Source of the DNA: Ruditapes philippinarum
Lineage: Eukaryota
Reading direction: 5' to 3'
DNA: 64,000 nucleotides
Assembly: GCF_026571515.1 (NCBI RefSeq)
Contig: NW_026853737.1
Span: forward strand, 1-64,000
The notes under the pieces are model-generated. The model did not search any database, had not been told where the DNA came from, and saw only the letters and a program-made list of their open reading frames with translations. The translations under genes and the position numbers were made by a program. The number at the start of each line of letters is the position of its first letter. Positions within the stretch are counted from its first letter, which is position 1. Positions 60,269-64,000 of the stretch are shown piece by piece.

Positions 60269-60787
60269 CACGGGGGAGGAACTGTTACACGAAGGATGGA
60301 GTTCTTATGATAACTTGTCAAGGAGTTCTTGTGATAACTGTCACGGAGTTCGTCGGAAAACTTTTGTATATACTACAAAAACACTCGTCAAAAATGGTAA
60401 TTTTCATCTTTAAAAAGTGAGTTTTAGGTGCTAAATTAAACTTTAATGATTTAGTTTGCCTTACATCTTGTAATTTTAATTCGGTAATTATGTATGGCAA
60501 AGATGAAGACCAGAAATAAACAGGTCAATGCTTGCGAGTTGGATAGTTGCAAATAATTTGGAAATTTTACTCAAAACTACCAGAATCTAAGAAAGAGGCG
60601 ATAAATAATGGCCTATGAATCAGTTTTTAACATATAATACAAGATATAATGCAAGCTTAATCATTAAAGTTTAATTTAGCACCTAAAACTCAAAGTTTTT
60701 CGACGAACTCCGTGACCGTTATAAGAAGAACTCCTTGACAAGATATCATAAGAACTCCATCCTTCGTGTAGCAGTTCTTCCCCCGTG
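60269..60787. mobile_element. Foldback MITE with CAC...GTG ends and 5-bp TSD (Transib-like signature)
   Basis: ~95-bp TIRs cacgggggaggaactgttacacgaaggatggagttcttatga. TSD ATAGT at 60264-68 and 60788-92. Confidence 0.8.
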
Positions 60788-60916
60788 ATAGTATTAAACT
60801 GATTAATTCGTCATTGCACACAATATATTAATCTGTGACATTCGGTAATAGTGAAGCGTTATAGCGCAATAGTGTATACTATGGGTTTATAATTTGTATA
60901 ACAAATGGCCTACGTA

Positions 60917-61291
60917 CGAGGGTCATTCAATAATTTCTGATAATGACCTTATTGTGTGATACACACCTACCGTATATATATTCCTTCAAAGTGACCACTT
61001 TCCATCTGTACAAAAGATTGGCAATGTCCGTTGTTAGGCAACAGCGTGTGATGTGTTGAAGTTCCGTGGCCATGGCAACTTTAAGTTTCTCTAAGTCATT
61101 AAATCTAACACCCCTGAGTTTAGGAAAAAGGTCATAGTCACAGGGACTCTTGTACTCATGAGCGACGTGCAAATGACGTCATATATATATGTAACGTGAT
61201 ACGTCGCATGGAAACATGCTCTACTTCAATTAATAGTCAATGAAATAAAAAACGATATGGGGTCATTATCAGAACTTATTAAATGACCCCG
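60917..61291 (-). mobile_element. mariner deletion derivative
   Basis: TA|cgagggtcattcaataatttctgataatgacc TIR with a decayed partner at 61261-61291. Peptide SPCDYDLFPKLRGVRF...RWK resembles a mariner transposase C-terminus. Confidence 0.8.
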
Positions 61292-63309
61292 AGACCGCGC
61301 AAGTCCATTTTGTTTCTTTTTTATATTTTAAACATTATTAAAGCTATGTCTTTATGATTTTAGTGAGTTTTTTTAAGATATGTGTCACTTATTTTGGTAA
61401 ACAAAAAATGGTTTAAGAATTAATATCTTAAATTCAGTGACTGCATAGATAAACTCTCATTATCAGATTAGTGGATACAATAAGAATATCAGGGTAACCT
61501 ATTTGTTATTAAAAGAGCACATGTCAATGTTTGCATTGAAAATTATACTTATTGCAAACTTATTTACGTAACATATATACCAAAATTGTGTGTAACAGTT
61601 TAGTGTGGAGCAAACATTGGGTTACGATGCGCAATTTTCATATTGTGCTACACTCATTCGAACTGTTTTTTAAAAAGTTTAATAATGGTACATGTATTTA
61701 CGAAAAATATGTATTATCTGATAGTAAACCAATCAGTACTCAGTGTTTGAATATAATATACTTACAACATGGCATTTCATTTTGCGTTTCAAAAAAATAA
61801 TATTTAGTATCTTTTTCCATCAATCGAACTGTTTGAGGAATATATTAAAAGGCATGATAATTATAGAAAAATAAAGCAAGCGAAATTATGCATGACTAAT
61901 ATAGTTATTTAAAGTTTAATTCATAAAACACAAAACATGCTATGTCAAAGTTGTGCGAAAAAAAATGATACCATGATGTTTAGAACTAATTTAGTTCTTA
62001 TGATATACATGTATAAAATGATATAAAACAAACATGGCCATACATTGTATTTCCATCAACATGAATTTGAGATCAATTGAAATCTTTATTATATCCTTAT
62101 CTTTTTAATATACATTTTGATATTTGTCACAATTGTATGTTCTATGTACATCCATATGTTTAATTGTAAAACGTATAGTGGCTAGTCAAACTGTAAAGTG
62201 AAATAAACTGAATATAATAAACTGAAATAAATTTGTTCGTTCGTTCATTCTTATTACTATGGAGCATATGTTAATTTAATAAGATATTTGTAGTTGTAGT
62301 TTGTGGTTAAATCTATAGTTTTTTCACAAATAAAAGGTCAACGTAGGGATTTATCGTCATCTTATAGGCTAGCAATAGAAACCGACAGATACACAAATTG
62401 ATATGAATATAAACGATTGTAAATGTATTTATTATACAATGATCGCGAATATGATAAAATCAGCATACCACTTTATACAACATGTACTTGTCCATCCAAA
62501 GTATAAGAAAAAATTCGAATCTTAAGTCTTTTACCTGTTTTAACCTGAATCTAATAATAAATAATGTATGGTCGTTATTTCTTTATTAACTGATATTGTA
62601 CTTTCTCTATTCATGTGTTGATGCTAAAAGCATTTTTTCATGTTAACAGCAATAAGGATTTTGAATTTAATTGAATACAAAACGAGACAATACAGTGTTT
62701 CTAAGTTGCATCATATCCGTATAAACAAATTTGCAAGAACTTGGCCATTTCTATTAAATTATACTGCTAAAATAATGATAACAGTAGGTATGGAACCACA
62801 TACTTCTCATTCATTAGACTTTTACTTAACCGACTGTGCTATTGCGGATGTGACTAGCCGATAGTAACTTTCAAAACAGATATATACTAGTTCATGTATT
62901 ATAAGATATAATTATCTTGCAATTTTGATTTTCCATATTTATAAGCTGATTAATACTTTTTTTCAAATAAAGCTTACATAATAAAAGTTTTCTTCACATG
63001 AGTAAAAAATTATAAAATAATTATCTAAATCATCTGCGTACTTTGCATATATTTATGTTCTACCAATCATTACATGTATATGAAATGAGTCTCACATTTT
63101 CCATGTGAGCTTTATACTGTAGAAAACTAGAGAAAGAATATAACTTCATGTATATCTTGTTAATCACTGATCTGATGAGTAGATGGAAATTCATGACTAA
63201 TTGTACTTGGTTTTTTTTGTTGTTAAAACTATAACATCTAGATATCACTGATATACACTATAGCTCATTAACAGTAAGTCTTAGATCAGCAAATGTAATC
63301 ATTAAAATA

Positions 63310-64000
63310 TCATTTCGTTTGCATTATTCTGGCGAGTAGTTTGCATATATGCCATACTGCAACATTGTTCCTTTTTCTTACTTGAAGTGAGGACACATAA
63401 TATTTTAAAGCTTTTTGATGCTCAAGTTGATCTTCATAACATTGTCCAAGTAAGTTTAGAGCTGTTTCTTTGTGACAAAGTGTTGTGTCCCTTGTGCAAG
63501 TATCTATAAGTTTAGCCAAAGCTAGGCATTTTTCTATTGTTTTCTGCTGATGTCTATTTACTTTGTATTGCAGAAAGTATAAGAAAGGGACAAAATCAAC
63601 CACAGATAAGTCCATCCACATTTCATCTCTCTCATCCCTATGCTGCCTATCATCTTTACTAGATCTGAACATTTCATATTGCAGTTCTTGGGGAATACAG
63701 TTAAATTCAATCTTATGGAAACGTACACAATACCCTATACATGGCTGGATTTCAGTAACATCTTTATAACATAATGTCACGAATTCTTCTGGTGCTTCCA
63801 GTGGATGAGGATAGCATCCACAGACGGGGTTTATAAGAGCTGTTCTCTTAAATCCCACATCACTTTCAATATGCCTTAGAATGTCTCCACATTCTTCTAT
63901 ATTCCCTGAACAATAATATATAGAAGCTAGTTTAAGTGTTGTAGAAACACTACTGCCTGTATATTGTTTAAAATAAGTTAATTCCACATGTGAGACAGGG
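63310..64000 (-). CDS. cGLR copy 4, 3' end (TPR-like region); more divergent; continues beyond window
   Basis: Open frame collinear with copies 1-3 (TTLKLASIYYC, YCVRFHK, ELQYEMFRSS, KETALNLLGQCYE). Confidence 0.88.
   Translation of the reverse strand, partial: PVSHVELTYFKQYTGSSVSTTLKLASIYYCSGNIEECGDILRHIESDVGFKRTALINPVCGCYPHPLEAPEEFVTLCYKDVTEIQPCIGYCVRFHKIEFNCIPQELQYEMFRSSKDDRQHRDERDEMWMDLSVVDFVPFLYFLQYKVNRHQQKTIEKCLALAKLIDTCTRDTTLCHKETALNLLGQCYEDQLEHQKALKYYVSSLQVRKRNNVAVWHICKLLARIMQTK

Overview
AT-rich, intron-containing animal DNA. The repeat families resemble those of bivalve molluscs, probably a venerid clam (inference). Bases 1.6-19.8 kb hold the last 11 coding exons of INTS7 (Integrator subunit 7, + strand), including one U12-type intron. 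Facing it on the - strand is a tandem array of four cGAS-like receptor genes (cGLR: Mab-21 nucleotidyltransferase plus C-terminal TPR-like helices). Copy 1 is 5'-truncated at a complex junction with a DIRS retrotransposon. Copies 2 and 3 are intact with the full catalytic motif. Copy 4 is more divergent and runs off the window. One duplication also copied the last two INTS7 exons, now a pseudogene. The copies are recombinational mosaics, with divergence clustered around the active site. The first intron of copy 2 contains a ~6 kb insertion carrying a pogo transposon and a four-exon ZNF692/ZNF653-N-terminal-like gene fragment. All four of its donors are phase-compatible with the cGLR acceptor, which predicts a possible ~880-aa fusion protein with basic NLS-like clusters. 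The rest is nested transposable elements: Helentron-associated (HINE/pearl-like) elements, SINEs, MITEs, and Sola-, Transib-, P/hAT- and mariner-like elements. Several have empty sites visible in the paralogous units. All family assignments come from motif recognition by eye, not from database searches.
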